From NCBI GenBank assembly GCA_001599295.1, contig BCGN01000005.1, forward strand, positions 868,001 through 932,000: a stretch of 64,000 bases of DNA. Reading direction: 5' to 3'. The notes below the pieces were generated by a model. It saw only the letters and a program-made list of their open reading frames with translations. It made no database searches and was not told where the DNA came from. This document shows, piece after piece, positions 1 to 12,300 of the stretch (its first letter is position 1; the number at the start of each line of letters is the position of its first letter). A program made the position numbers and the translations under genes. Origin of the DNA: Sporopachydermia quercuum (lineage: Eukaryota).

Positions 1-1077
1 ATATGGACATGTCCCTTTTTGGTAGATGTTGATATGGTCAATGATAATAAATAAAGGTACCTGCTATAGTGATTGAGCCATTCTATGACTTAAATTTTGG
101 TAGGAGATTCCTGATACTCATATTGAATAGAGACAAATACTGATTGATATTCTGAGCTGACTTTCAATCGTTGTGACTTATTGTAAATAAATTGCAGTTG
201 ATGTAGGTGGATGCAATTATAGAATGTCTGTTAAGCTGATGATTGCTTTTCCGGACAAATATTAATCCTAAGCACGTGATGTGATGGAAACCTGATCAAG
301 GATACGATAAAGAAAAGAAACTATACAACACTCTGTGATCCTGATATTGGGGTTCTACCGTTTTTCCATTGAATTCTCTCTTTTCCCTTCTTTGTTTTTG
401 CTTCTAGATTAACAAGACGAATAAATATACCCCATTCTTATGAAATGAAAGATAAATGAATCCCATATAGACACATTCCAGACAAAACGACGGACTATCG
501 TTCAGCAATGTCAATTCCTACAGTTCTCGGAGCAAATCCCTGTTCTTTTTTCAATTTCCGTCAAATGTAATACCCTCTGTTTATCTACCAATATTCTCAA
601 ATTTTACTAGTATATCAAGGTCCTAAACAACGTTCAGTCACCTTTATATCGCTGTTCTGAACGAAGGAATCTCTGCCAACATAGCGTATCATCTCATGCT
701 TTTTCAAATTCTTCGACATGTGTTCACTTACCCGGATTTCGGTCTTGAATTTCAAATCCAATCTTTGCTACCTCTGTTTACAATGTTGTTTATCATGTCA
801 CGATAACAATAATAATTACACCGGTAGAACCAACAAATCTTGGATATAGCAGTTAAGATCTCTATAAATCTTTGAAATAAACTATACGAAGTAGAAGAAG
901 AAGAAGAGAGGGGAGATTGAAACGAATATTGAACAATTTTATGTAAGCGGTAAACACAAGTGATCAACGATTCTTTCTTGGAAGTGCTCACTCAGAACTG
1001 TAGTTTACAAGACTACAGGAGAACCCATCGTAAAGAGAATATTCAGAGATATAAAAAATTGCAGGTTGAATGACACG

Positions 1078-2391
1078 ATGATGCGTCAAAGATCTGAAGT
1101 TCCCATAGGCTTCAGCAACAATATGGGGAATCCTATGAATAATAACATGGGGAATAACATGGGGAGTAGTATGGGTAATGCGATAGGAAATATAAATAAT
1201 GCCATGAGCAACGGCATGGGTAATGTAATGGGAAACGTTATGGGAGCTCCAATGAATTCGATGGGAAATAACTTGGGGAATGCTATGAGTAACCCCATGG
1301 GCAACAATAGTATGGGTGTTAATATTGGAGGTCCTATGGCTAATAATAGTAGTGGGTTGATGAACAGTAGGAGGTCAAGCACTGAACCAGACCCAGCGCT
1401 GGAAATTGAATCACAACGAATAAGTTTAATCCTTGATATAAACGCTGAGCTTTTAAGAACAGCAATTCGTATTCAAGATGATAAGTCCTCTCAAAGGGAC
1501 AAACTGAAAGTTGAAATATATCAAGCTTGTCTTAGAAAACTGAATGCGAACATAGTATACCTATCTTCTTTGTCGGACCCACAGAAGAGATTTGTTCAAA
1601 ATCATTCATTAATAGCTCAAATGGTTGCTCCTATTCAACAACTAACGAAACTTGGTGATCATTTCAAAATGCTCCAGTCTTTATTTCCAGAATCTATGTT
1701 GTTATTACAAAGGAAAGCTATGTTGTTAAAACAGCAGCAACAACAGCAACAACAGCAGAACCAACAAATTCAGCTACCAACAGATTCTTCACAGCCTCCA
1801 CAGTCTCAGGTGCAGTTGCAGCTTCAAGCAAATCAACAGCAACGTCAAATTCCACAAACAAAGCAGCAACAATTGCAACAATTGCAACAATTACAGCAAT
1901 TACAACAACAGCAGCAGGCTAAACTACCGCCATCTCAGCAGCAACAACAACAGCCTACTCCAACACAAGCTCAGGCTTCCATGGCCGATGGTCGTAACGG
2001 TGCTAATATGAATGCTTCAAACAATCTTAATCAAAATCAATTTCAGATTAATAACAACTTGAACAAAATATCACAAGACTTTCAATCATACAATAGGCAA
2101 CCTTTTCAAAACGGGCATAGTGGTCATGTTCAAAATATGAACATGGCAACTGTGAACATGCAAGGATCACCTTACATGTCAAATACGTTTTTGAATCAAA
2201 ATCCTCAGTCTCAAAGGGCTCAAGCTCAACATCAATCAACTATCAATCAACAGCAACAGCAACCTCAAAACACAAATATGCAAAGTCAACGAAATCAACC
2301 AATGGCTTTAAATCCTCAGCAAATTTTGGCCCAAATACATGGTGTTGGTCCTAGTAATGATGATGATTTCTTGACTAGCAATTTTTATTAA
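1078..2391 (+). CDS. Q/N-rich protein with SS18/SSXT (SNH, Snf11/GIF-like) domain; probable SWI/SNF-associated coactivator
   Basis: The ORF track starts at TTG 1066; the first in-frame ATG is 1078. The central segment ILDINAELLRTAIRIQ...YQACLRKLNANIVYLSSLSD resembles the SS18 N-terminal homology pattern (LDxNxxLI...YQxxLHxNLVYLAxxAD). It is flanked by MGN-type repeats and poly-Q. Confidence 0.6.
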   Translation: MMRQRSEVPIGFSNNMGNPMNNNMGNNMGSSMGNAIGNINNAMSNGMGNVMGNVMGAPMNSMGNNLGNAMSNPMGNNSMGVNIGGPMANNSSGLMNSRRSSTEPDPALEIESQRISLILDINAELLRTAIRIQDDKSSQRDKLKVEIYQACLRKLNANIVYLSSLSDPQKRFVQNHSLIAQMVAPIQQLTKLGDHFKMLQSLFPESMLLLQRKAMLLKQQQQQQQQQNQQIQLPTDSSQPPQSQVQLQLQANQQQRQIPQTKQQQLQQLQQLQQLQQQQQAKLPPSQQQQQQPTPTQAQASMADGRNGANMNASNNLNQNQFQINNNLNKISQDFQSYNRQPFQNGHSGHVQNMNMATVNMQGSPYMSNTFLNQNPQSQRAQAQHQSTINQQQQQPQNTNMQSQRNQPMALNPQQILAQIHGVGPSNDDDFLTSNFY

Positions 2392-3312
2392 GTACGCTTT
2401 ATGTATCATGTATTATAATATACTGTATTATAACCATTTATGAATGTTCATTATACGTATTTCGCAATCAGGAAACATTTCACTGTTCATGATCTAGATG
2501 TAGTTACCTGTTAAATGTAGTTGTCAGAACACTGTAGAGTGATATCAAATTCTCATTTGAACTTAAAGTTAACAACTATCGCATACCACAGTATTTTAGC
2601 TTGTATATATAATTATGTATCATTAAAACTATGTATATATTGTCATTCAGTGTTTATTCATAAGTATCTCGAAGTATTTTCTACCTAATGGATGGTTACT
2701 GTTAGAAACAGTTGTATAATATTGCTCTCGGTACTTAATGTCTCACAGCAAGATCAATCTACGGGTCCTTTCGATCTTCATTAGCCAGCTGTTAAACCAT
2801 GTAATCAGCATACATTGTTAATATATTATTATAAACAATTATGTATTATATTATTTAAACTATTTCTCATATCTTTGATAACAAATATTATAATTAACTG
2901 CAATTTTCTTCATTTGATTACTTGTGGCATGCTAAATATGTGAAAATTTCAAACTTACTATTTTCATTTTCATATGTTAATATTAATTTCCAGTGGCTAT
3001 TTGAATTTATGTCAAAAGGGTTTACTATCGAAAATTCAATTAATGTTATCTTCTTTGAAAGTAAATAAGCAAAAAATAACACAAAACTTATAAGCAGCTT
3101 TTTGCTACTTCTATCTTATGAATATTTGCTACTTTTATTATTAATGATCTTGTTATTAAACCATTTCTATTCTCAACAACATATAAAGAATCTGTCTCGA
3201 AATGAATGCTATTCAATAACTAATAATATAACTACACTAGACAGACGTATGAAGTCAGTCACCATCGATTGAGTTGACTCAAACCACCTCANCAGCGTCA
3301 TAACCATCTACA

Positions 3313-4317
3313 ATGACAGACTATGCAAAATGGATGCTAAGCTTCCAACCATCACGAAGGATAAGATGCAGTGAACCAGTTCCTATTGGTTCAGCCGACT
3401 TTGATGATAGTGGTAAATACTGTGTTACGTCTTCAGCTAATTATTCCCTAGAAATCTATAACTGCGAATCAGGGAAACCATATAAAACAGTTAAGTCATT
3501 CAGTGTAGGGACCCATTCAGCAAGATTCACTCACTCAGCTACCAACCTTCTGTATGCATCATCGGAGGTAAACGATTCAGGAATAAGATATATTTCAACT
3601 CATGATTACGCTTTAATACGGACATTCAAAGGTCATGAATCACTGGTTTCAAGCATAAACATCTGTCCTATAAATGATACATTTCTAAGTACTTCAATGG
3701 ATAGAACAATTAGACTATGGGATCTTAGGTCATCAGGATCAGTTGGAGTTCTAAAAACTCCATTTCCGAGTTTCACAGCCTTTGATCCTTCTGGGTTAGT
3801 TTATGCTGCTGCATCAAATCCAGCAAACGAAATAGCGTTATACGATACTAGAAAGATTAGTGATGCCCCTTTCTTTTCTGCCCAGTTGCCTCATCCAAAT
3901 CTCGATTGGCGCAATATTGAATTTAGTAATGATGGTTCACTAATTCTATTAGCAACCAACAATGGAGTTCATTTTTTGTTTGATGCCTTTGATTGTCATA
4001 TCGTTGCTGTTCTTAAAGGTTGTATTCCTCATGCGCCTCCTGGAAGTAGGAAAGTCTTTTGGCCTGATGATACTGGTGCATGTTTTTCTAATGATGGGAA
4101 ATGGGTGATTGCTACATCAGTAGATGGTATCAAAACATATGATTTGAGGAATCTTGAAGATCCTAATAATGGAAAACCACTAATATTAGAACCTACAAAA
4201 TCTACAAGGTGTCACGATCACTGTCCTCGTTCTATAAAGTTTAATCCTAAGTTTTGGCAGTTTGTTACTATTGACAATGAAGTTCTGTTTTGGTTGCCAG
4301 ATATCGAGAAGTATTAA
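3313..4317 (+). CDS. SWD2: WD40 protein Swd2/WDR82 (COMPASS / cleavage-polyadenylation factor subunit)
   Basis: 334 aa. Motifs DFDDSGKYCVTSS, ARFTHSATNLLYAS, IRYISTHDYALIRTFKGH, DRTIRLWDLR, AFDPSGLVYA and IEFSNDG are typical of Swd2. Confidence 0.85.
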   Translation: MTDYAKWMLSFQPSRRIRCSEPVPIGSADFDDSGKYCVTSSANYSLEIYNCESGKPYKTVKSFSVGTHSARFTHSATNLLYASSEVNDSGIRYISTHDYALIRTFKGHESLVSSINICPINDTFLSTSMDRTIRLWDLRSSGSVGVLKTPFPSFTAFDPSGLVYAAASNPANEIALYDTRKISDAPFFSAQLPHPNLDWRNIEFSNDGSLILLATNNGVHFLFDAFDCHIVAVLKGCIPHAPPGSRKVFWPDDTGACFSNDGKWVIATSVDGIKTYDLRNLEDPNNGKPLILEPTKSTRCHDHCPRSIKFNPKFWQFVTIDNEVLFWLPDIEKY

Positions 4318-4446
4318 TCAAAGAGAATAGAAACATAGAAGTATAGGAGCATAGAAGTATGGGAGCTTCAAAATGATAGAATAAGATCCAAGATTTATGT
4401 ACATCTATTTTCATGTCAATGCTATACAAACAATTAAGGATCAGGA

Positions 4447-4473
4447 TCCTCCTCCTCCTCCTCCTCATCATCA
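4447..4473. repeat. (TCC)n(TCA)n trinucleotide microsatellite abutting the HCS1 stop codon
   Basis: tcctcctcctcctcctcctcatcatca is read directly from the sequence. Confidence 0.7.
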
Positions 4474-6736
4474 TACTTCATACATATCTGGGTACCTAAT
4501 TTCAGCATGTTCTTCAGCCCAATCAACCCAATGACTAAGAAAATCAGTTCCTTTCTTTATAGTATCCATATCTCCAACTATACATAAATGCCTTTTAGGT
4601 CTTGTCATAGCTACATTCAAACGTCTGGATTCTGAGAGAAACCCAACATTACCATCATCATTACTTCGTACTAATGAAATGATTATTGCTTCCTTTTCGC
4701 GACCTTGGAAACCGTCAACAGTGGAAACTTCAATCTCTTCGTAGTCTTCATCAATACTATGCAGTATCTTCTTCAACAACGAAACTTGAGCATTATAAGG
4801 AGAAATGACTCCAATATCACTTGATTTCACCTTACCAACGTCGATAAGTTGTGTTACATGAAGCTTAACCAATTCAGCTTCACCAACATTGAATTTCCCT
4901 GCTATAATATCACTCAATCCTTTATGCTGTTTACTATCACTATGCTTATCGTCATTGGAGTTCTGCACGTCCTGTTCATGGTAGTTACCGCCTTGAGTAT
5001 CAATCCATACAAAAGGACATGATGTTTCCTCATTGTCTTCAACATCTGGTAATTCATTCAGCAAATGACTTTTTACACTATCATCAGCTATTAGTTTACC
5101 TTCATAAAGCTCTTTTGATGGAAAATTCATTATATCTTCATGCATTCTATATTGAATTGTCAACATTTTCTTGAAACAGCCACCATACTTTTTAACTAAA
5201 CGGTCAAATAAGGTCGTCTGCAAAATCCTCCTTGTTTTGCTATCTTTTTCAATTTTAACTGTCGGTGGTAATTGTAAATGATCACCCGCGAGAATCAACC
5301 GTTCATTAGATTTAGTTGTCATGATGGGAATCCAACATTGGGATTCAAGTCCTTGGGACACTTCATCAATAATAATCGTGGAGAAAAGATTACCTTGCCC
5401 ATAGTTATTAATCACTTCAAATAGATCTCTTGACCCTGCTCCATGCAATGTAGCAAGAACAACTTGGCTGTTTATGATTAACTCATGAAGTAACTTCTTT
5501 TCTCGTGTTTTATATTCTTTCCTTAGGAACTTCAAATCACCAAACAGTTCTCTTCTTTCTCTGCCATTTCTTGTCTTAGGAATCTTTCCTACCGCTTTAT
5601 CTATATCACTTTTCACATTACGAACAATTTCAGAACCTTCACAGGTTCTGCTAACAATATCCATAGAATGATTCAAAACGGATGATAATAATCTTGCTGG
5701 ATGTCCTAATCGCAATACTTTAGTTTTATCTTCAATAAAAGGATCTAACCTTTCTATGATAGTATCAACAGAAATATTGGAAGGACCACATACAAGAATT
5801 CGCTCATTCTTAGTAATCAATTGCCTGATTATTTCAACTAACACTGACGTTTTACCAGTGCCAGGAGGGCCATGAATCAATGTAACTGGGCTTTTCCCTA
5901 AAGCGAAATTGATTGCTTCTTTCTGAGGTTCATTCAGGGTTTGAGTGAAAAAGGATTGAATATTCGTTGGAGTTATAGGAACAGTTTTACCATCTATTAA
6001 ACCAAGTAAAATTGATTGCAGATAAGTAGGTGATGAGATATCTGCTAATGACTTTAAAGTCAACTCCATTCTTCTATATGTTGATTCATTTGTAGTTTTG
6101 AACCTGTAGGACAATGTTAGTAGGTTTGATAGTAGTAGTTTACTTATGACTCAGAACAAGCCACCAACAACCCATAGAAATAAATACCCAAATTCTAAAT
6201 CCTTTTAGATTTTTAACTACTCACATCCAGACTCTATCATGAGATGAAAGATCAAATACTTCATTCTCACATCTTTCATCTATTGCAACAACAATGGATT
6301 TACTATTCAATCTCTGAATGACACCTTCAATTCCATTATTACTATTATTATTGTCCGAACTTTTACCACTCTTACCATTATCATGTCCCTTTCCATTGTA
6401 TTTTGATTTATTCTTATTTCCTGTTGTTTTATCTCCTTTTTCCCCCATTCGATCTATCCTTACATTATCTCCCACTTTTATCTCCCCATTTGATAACTCT
6501 TGATCCGCAGTTGAAACGGCAGGATCCAATTCAAATGTTGCTAAGGTCTTACCACCAAACCCTGTTCTAACAGATATTATATTGAGACTGATAATAGCTA
6601 ATCCCCTGGCCGCCAGTTTTCTAGCTGATAATGTAAGTAATGCTTGGTTTGTCTCTTCAATATCAGTAGCTTTTTCGATCTCTAATGCTTTAAGCAATGT
6701 TTGAGCCAATGTGACTCCTGGTTTATTTTCTGTCAT
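4471..6736 (-). CDS. HCS1: Upf1-like superfamily 1 helicase Hcs1/IGHMBP2 (2 exons, ~714 aa)
   Basis: Exons 6736-6225 and 6103-4471. Intron 6104-6224 has a GTGAGT donor, TACTAAC branch and CAG acceptor, and joins the two ORF-track fragments in frame (RVWM-FKTTNESTYRRM). Motifs: GPPGTGKT, IIDEVSQ, GDHLQLPP, QYRMH, TVDGFQGREK, RRLNVAMTR. Confidence 0.9.
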
Positions 6737-7624
6737 ATTGATAACTTTTAATATATGATTTGTAGGAGGTATATTATAAATATAATTATGAACAATCTGT
6801 CCATATTTTGTAGATATAAGGGAACTACTATAATAGATAATTTTCACCTGTCATAAAGATGAAAGACGGGCATATGGTAAATTACTGAGGCTTATCGCTT
6901 CATCATTTGACCATCACTGAGAACGATAAAGAATACTTCAAAACTATAACACCTTGAACATCAAATATCAATATTAGAAATCTACGAATGAAAACTCGTT
7001 GAGTAGTTGATTTATTTCTGGAGATTATATTGGAGTAAACACCTATTTTGCAGGCTGAAAAGTAGATGAAAAGAAGAAAATTGAGAAAAGTTTGAAGAAA
7101 AATGAATTATATAAACTACACCATTTCTACCTACTAGTTTTTTTTACTAGGGAAAACAAGTTAAAACATAATATAGAAACAGTTTATGAATACAACTGAC
7201 TACTGAAATATCTGGAAAATTTAGATTAGGCATTTTATAATTGGAAGCTGGAAGAATTAATGTATACTTTCATAAAGTCTGATACAGCAAGCGAGAACTA
7301 AGAACTGTCATAGCTGCTTCTTATTAGACAGTTGAATGGATTATAAATCAAATGATTGAAACTTTCAGGACTTCGTTGAAATTCGTAAAAACAGCTTTTC
7401 TTATTAAGTAATTGCTATCCGGGTTTCCAATAAAGTCTATCATGAATCTCTAGCATGGTTGAAAAGAAAGTCGTCTACTTAAATTTACTACCTACTCTAC
7501 AACCATCCATCACATATAATAGTGGTAATTTATTGTACTTTATAACAAAAACCAAACATGATATAAACGAGATATTGTAATAAAAGAAGGAATTAATCCA
7601 AATGCTTGCTTTACTAAAAACGGT

Positions 7625-8839
7625 TTACTATTGCAACAGTTAGTATCAAATCTTGAGAACGAATAATTCATCCTTTCAATCATAAAATAAAATTCAAATG
7701 AAAACATACCATAACAGCGAGATCACCAAACTTATCCTTGTAACCAGGAACATCCCATCTACCCTTGGTAACCATTTCAGTGACCTTATCAGGAATATCA
7801 GGTCTGGCAGCGTTGATATCATGGATAGTAAGTTGATCAAAAGGTCTAGCAGTTTCAATGTTGGCAAGAGTCTTCTGTAAATCTTCTAATTCAGCAAGAA
7901 CTTTGCTTTCAGTGGCAGACGCGTTTTCAAGAGCCTTAGCTTCGAAAGCTTCAATAGTTTTGATTTGCTTGGACACATCATAAGTAACTGGCTTGAAACC
8001 CTTGAAGGCCTTTTCAACTTCAGAAACCACAGCCTTGTTCTTCAAAACAGACTTGTAGTATGAGAAGTCGACATCAACAGGCTTAGTCTTCAATTCAGCC
8101 AAAGCTCTTCTAGAATCGTCGTTTCTCTTCTTGAATGCTTGCAGAGAAGCAGCAGTTGCACCGGTTAGTCCCAAAGATGAGACAACCTTAGCCCAGTCGA
8201 GCTTGAGAGCAGCAGGTTTCTGAAAATATTTGTTAGTAAATTAAGTAGTTGAATAAAATTACAAATTCAGTCATGATTAAGTTCAGTTTAGTAGAACCTC
8301 TCTACACTGTCTTGATTCTAAACTCCAATTTGATCTTTTCATCTTGACCTTAATGATATCACAAGCTTCAACCTTGTCGATGGTATTACTATTGCTATCA
8401 TCCTTCTTGTCCGACATCCTTGATTCTAATAATACCAATATAGCCGTATCAACCACCAAATAAAACCAACAGTCAATCCATTCTATAATCAGACGTTTGA
8501 AAACCTAATTGAATCTACATCCAAGTAAAACTGTCCTTTGGCAGCACTCTGTCTATGTTCACCGCGCATCCCTAAAACAAATGAATGAATCAACAATCAA
8601 CAAGATAACCATTACAACGATCCTTTGCTTCGCACTCTTATTGAACCAGCGACTACTCCATTCATCAAATGAAAATGCATCTTGTTTATCGTCCCTCATC
8701 ATCAATATATCCACGGTCCAAATATCACCGCCATAAATCAACCGCCAGTGTAACAGAAACATCCCCTTAGTACCAAACCACAGTCATTAATCACAACTCC
8801 ACATTCATTAACAATCCATTTACATACAGCAACAGACAT
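7625..8839 (-). CDS. ATP7: Mitochondrial F1Fo ATP synthase subunit d (3 exons, 174 aa)
   Basis: Exon 1 8839-8828 (MSVA). Intron 8220-8827 (GTATGT..TACTAAC..CAG). Exon 2 8219-7710 ([20 protein letters not shown]...FKKRNDD...[12 protein letters not shown]). Intron 7628-7709 (GTATGT..TACTAAC..TAG). The last coding exon is TAA at 7627-7625. Confidence 0.93.
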
Positions 8840-9348
8840 CTTGAATTGATTATAATTGAATATCCTGATTAAATCTAATCAACAATCCAATCTATTCACA
8901 ACACTGTAAAGATAAAGCTATCAATTATTCCTTCAATTGTTATGATCGTCTTCCATCTCCTTAATTCAAGGCTTTGGAAAAAGGGATGATGGGTGAATTT
9001 GGTGGATGATTTTACGTTTCATTGGGTCAACGAGTTTTGGCATAAGTACAGTTCTAGTTATTACACTTATGCAATCAAATAGAATGATACGTGAAGTGGA
9101 CATCACGTGAATAGGGGGTAATTTTGGAGATTAAGATTGCTTAGATAGAAAATGTACAGTTACCCATTTAGGAATACTAAGCGAAGTAAGTGAATCTTCT
9201 GCTCGATGAAAGTACTTAATGATTGAAAGATTTGAATAATGAAAGACTGATCTTAAGTTGAAGTATTAGCTTTTTTGATGAAATATGTATCAAATATAGT
9301 AACTATTCATTCTTGTTATTGTTTTATTTACTGAGCTGTGTATATAAA

Positions 9349-12300
9349 TTAGATAATTGATTGAATCAGACATGATAAATCATGTGATGTCCATTCATCA
9401 ATCTTATGCAACATATCTGAATTGTCAGCTGTAACTAATAACCTCAAAGCAGCTTTCTTGTGATTGATTATATCAGCATTCAGTTCACTATTTCGTATAT
9501 CTTCTTCTTTAGCGTTATCTTGTAACTCCAAATTCATCTTATTTCTTTCTAGCAATTGAACCCTCTGTTCGAGGCCGGTTAAACCTCCTAAGCTATTAAC
9601 TAAACCCATGAAACCTTCAGGGCCTAACACTTGTTCAATTGCAAATATTAACTGCCATATCTTTAGTTTTAATCCTCCACTACAATAGGAAGAAGTACTA
9701 AAGGTCAACAGGAAATCAAGTATCCCTTGGTTCTTATAAATCTTGAANTCTTCTCCTGTCTTCATTCCTAATACCAGTCCCTCAAACAGCCAGTTCAACT
9801 GCTTCAGGTAACTATCATGATGATAAAGGCCACCTCTAACTTTAGCATCACGGTCAAAACANTCATAAGTCATGGTCTTGAACAATGGAACCTCGTACCA
9901 TCGAATAAACGGTCCTGCAAACACATAGTTTGCTGTAAAGTCGTACATATAATGACTTGGATCATTAAGCACTACAACCATTCTTGATAGCATTATAGCA
10001 ACAGAGCATGGTAATCTATTGATACTCTTACTATTGTTGCTGTTAATATCACCATTCAAGCTACTTTTCTTTTTAATCAGAGACGCGATAATCTTAGACA
10101 AAAAAACTTTGATAACAGCTTTGTCGCGAGTAGGATCATCCTTCAACGCTGTAATCATTGCACATATAAAATTGTATGCTGTGATATTCAGTTCTTTATC
10201 CCAAGAACTCAAACAACTAATAGAAAACGAAAGTCCAAAACTCTCTATCAACTGTCTAATGTTCACCTTAACGTGCTCGGTTGATGACTCTTCCTCAGAA
10301 GCACTTTTCTCCAATTTGATCAAATCACTACTCAACAAAGCACCTAGAATGAATCCATAATCATATGTCTTCCAATGGATGTCGATATAATACTTTTTTA
10401 GTTTTGCCTCGAACTGTTCTAAGTTATCACCCGACTTGAAGTCATTGATATACTTCTTTGCTAATAAATCGTTGGGCCTAAACTGATTGATAGACTCATA
10501 GATCTTCTCACAATCAATATTCATAATAACAAAAGCTTTATCGATTTCAATCAGATTAACCCTTGATTCATATTCATATTCAAATTCTGGTTCGTTTGAT
10601 TTCTGATTATAACTTCTTCCTATAGTTGAACAAGGAATAAATCTCCAGCTACCAACATCACACGTCCAATTGATCATCAGCTTAGCCTCAATAGTCTCCA
10701 ATATAGTGATAAGAATCAGATCATGAGGTAAACTGGTGCCACTATACATGGTTCTGATTCCTCTTTGAACACTGATATTACTATTATATGACTTATCCTT
10801 AAGAAACAGCGAATAGATAATCATTGATATCGATAAGAACAAACTAGAGTTTTCCTTATTCCATGGTTCTTTAACCAATAAGTTATCTTCATTGTTGATA
10901 ATGATTTGTATTAGTTTAGAGTGATCAATGTTTCTACTTCTTTGTCGATTGATAATTAATGAGCATAATTTCATCAATGGCGAATAATCCAGCTTCTTAG
11001 TCAAGCAGATTTCTAAGAATGCATTAACCTGATTCTTGGATAATAAATCAGATATCGATGTTGATGGATTATTATAAATCAGGCCAAGTCCTGTAATGAA
11101 TTCTATGATTGGTTCAGATAATTCTTTATCTTGAGCAATCCAAGATGTGATCCAAAGGGTAACTCTCTGAGCCCACGATTTGATTGCATTGAATACAACT
11201 TCATTATTCGAATCACGACTTAGAATATCAGTATTGAAAATGTAGTTGATGATTTCACACACTGATCTTGAAATACCATTGTTATCAGTGATTGAACAGA
11301 TTGTTGGAGCTAGTTCAATTAGATTGCCATGAGTAGCAAACGTTATCAAATTGCTCAATGACTTCAAAATAACATTGGTACGTTTGATATCATCATTTTC
11401 AGCACTTGATTCGAAAATTTCCAACACTTTTTTAAATGCATTTGCCAATAAGAGTTTCAGAGCTTCAGAAGAAGATCCGGAATCGTCTTCAGAGTGAGTG
11501 ACAGAAATGTTTGACGTTATAGCAATTAGCAGATCATCGTTTTCCAATAAGGCTGTGTCTATCGTCTCGAGCATGGGCTTGAAATCATCGGGATAATTGG
11601 ATATTATAGCAGTGACCAAGTTATAGTACTTTGATGAATATTTATTCATAATAGCTTCTATCAATATGTTGAGATGAACATTTGGTGTTACAAACAGTCT
11701 CCTTCTGAGAGCTTTATTCAAATTATCTTCAATAAGTTTCAATCTGTCATCATAAATAGAATGTTTAACCGAATCATCAGAACCGATAAGGATGCCAGTT
11801 ACTTCACAAGGAATTATATAATCATTCTCGAGAGCAACTGATAAGCAAGCATTGACAAGAATGCAGTTCACAGTATCATCATACCCAGATGCTAATAACT
11901 TGAAAAGAAATTGCCAAAGAGCTTCCTCCTTGAAAACAAATAAAATATAGCCCAGATATTCCGCTTGTACAATATCTAACTTCAATTTTGATTCTTCAAT
12001 CGATTTTTCAGTTTGACAGCAATAGTTCCAAAATTCACTCTTGAACTTCTCATTTATAGAGTATAGTGTTCTTGAGATCAAATTCATGACTATGATCTCA
12101 TTCTTATGAATGCTCTTAAAAGATTTAGGATAAAATGCTCCCCAGAATTCCTTTCTACTGACTTCGTTCAATGTATCTTTCGACTTAGCAACAAGTGTTA
12201 GCATTGTAGTTATAAGAGTAACTAAGTTACTACTAACAGCATTATTCTCAGTGTCATTAATCCAAAGAATGATTCTTGTTCGTAGAACCCATAGCTCAGT

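Noticed and set aside
1..750. Possible gene start at the left edge (minus-strand ATG at 10)
   Set aside because: Only three codons lie inside the window, so it cannot be supported.
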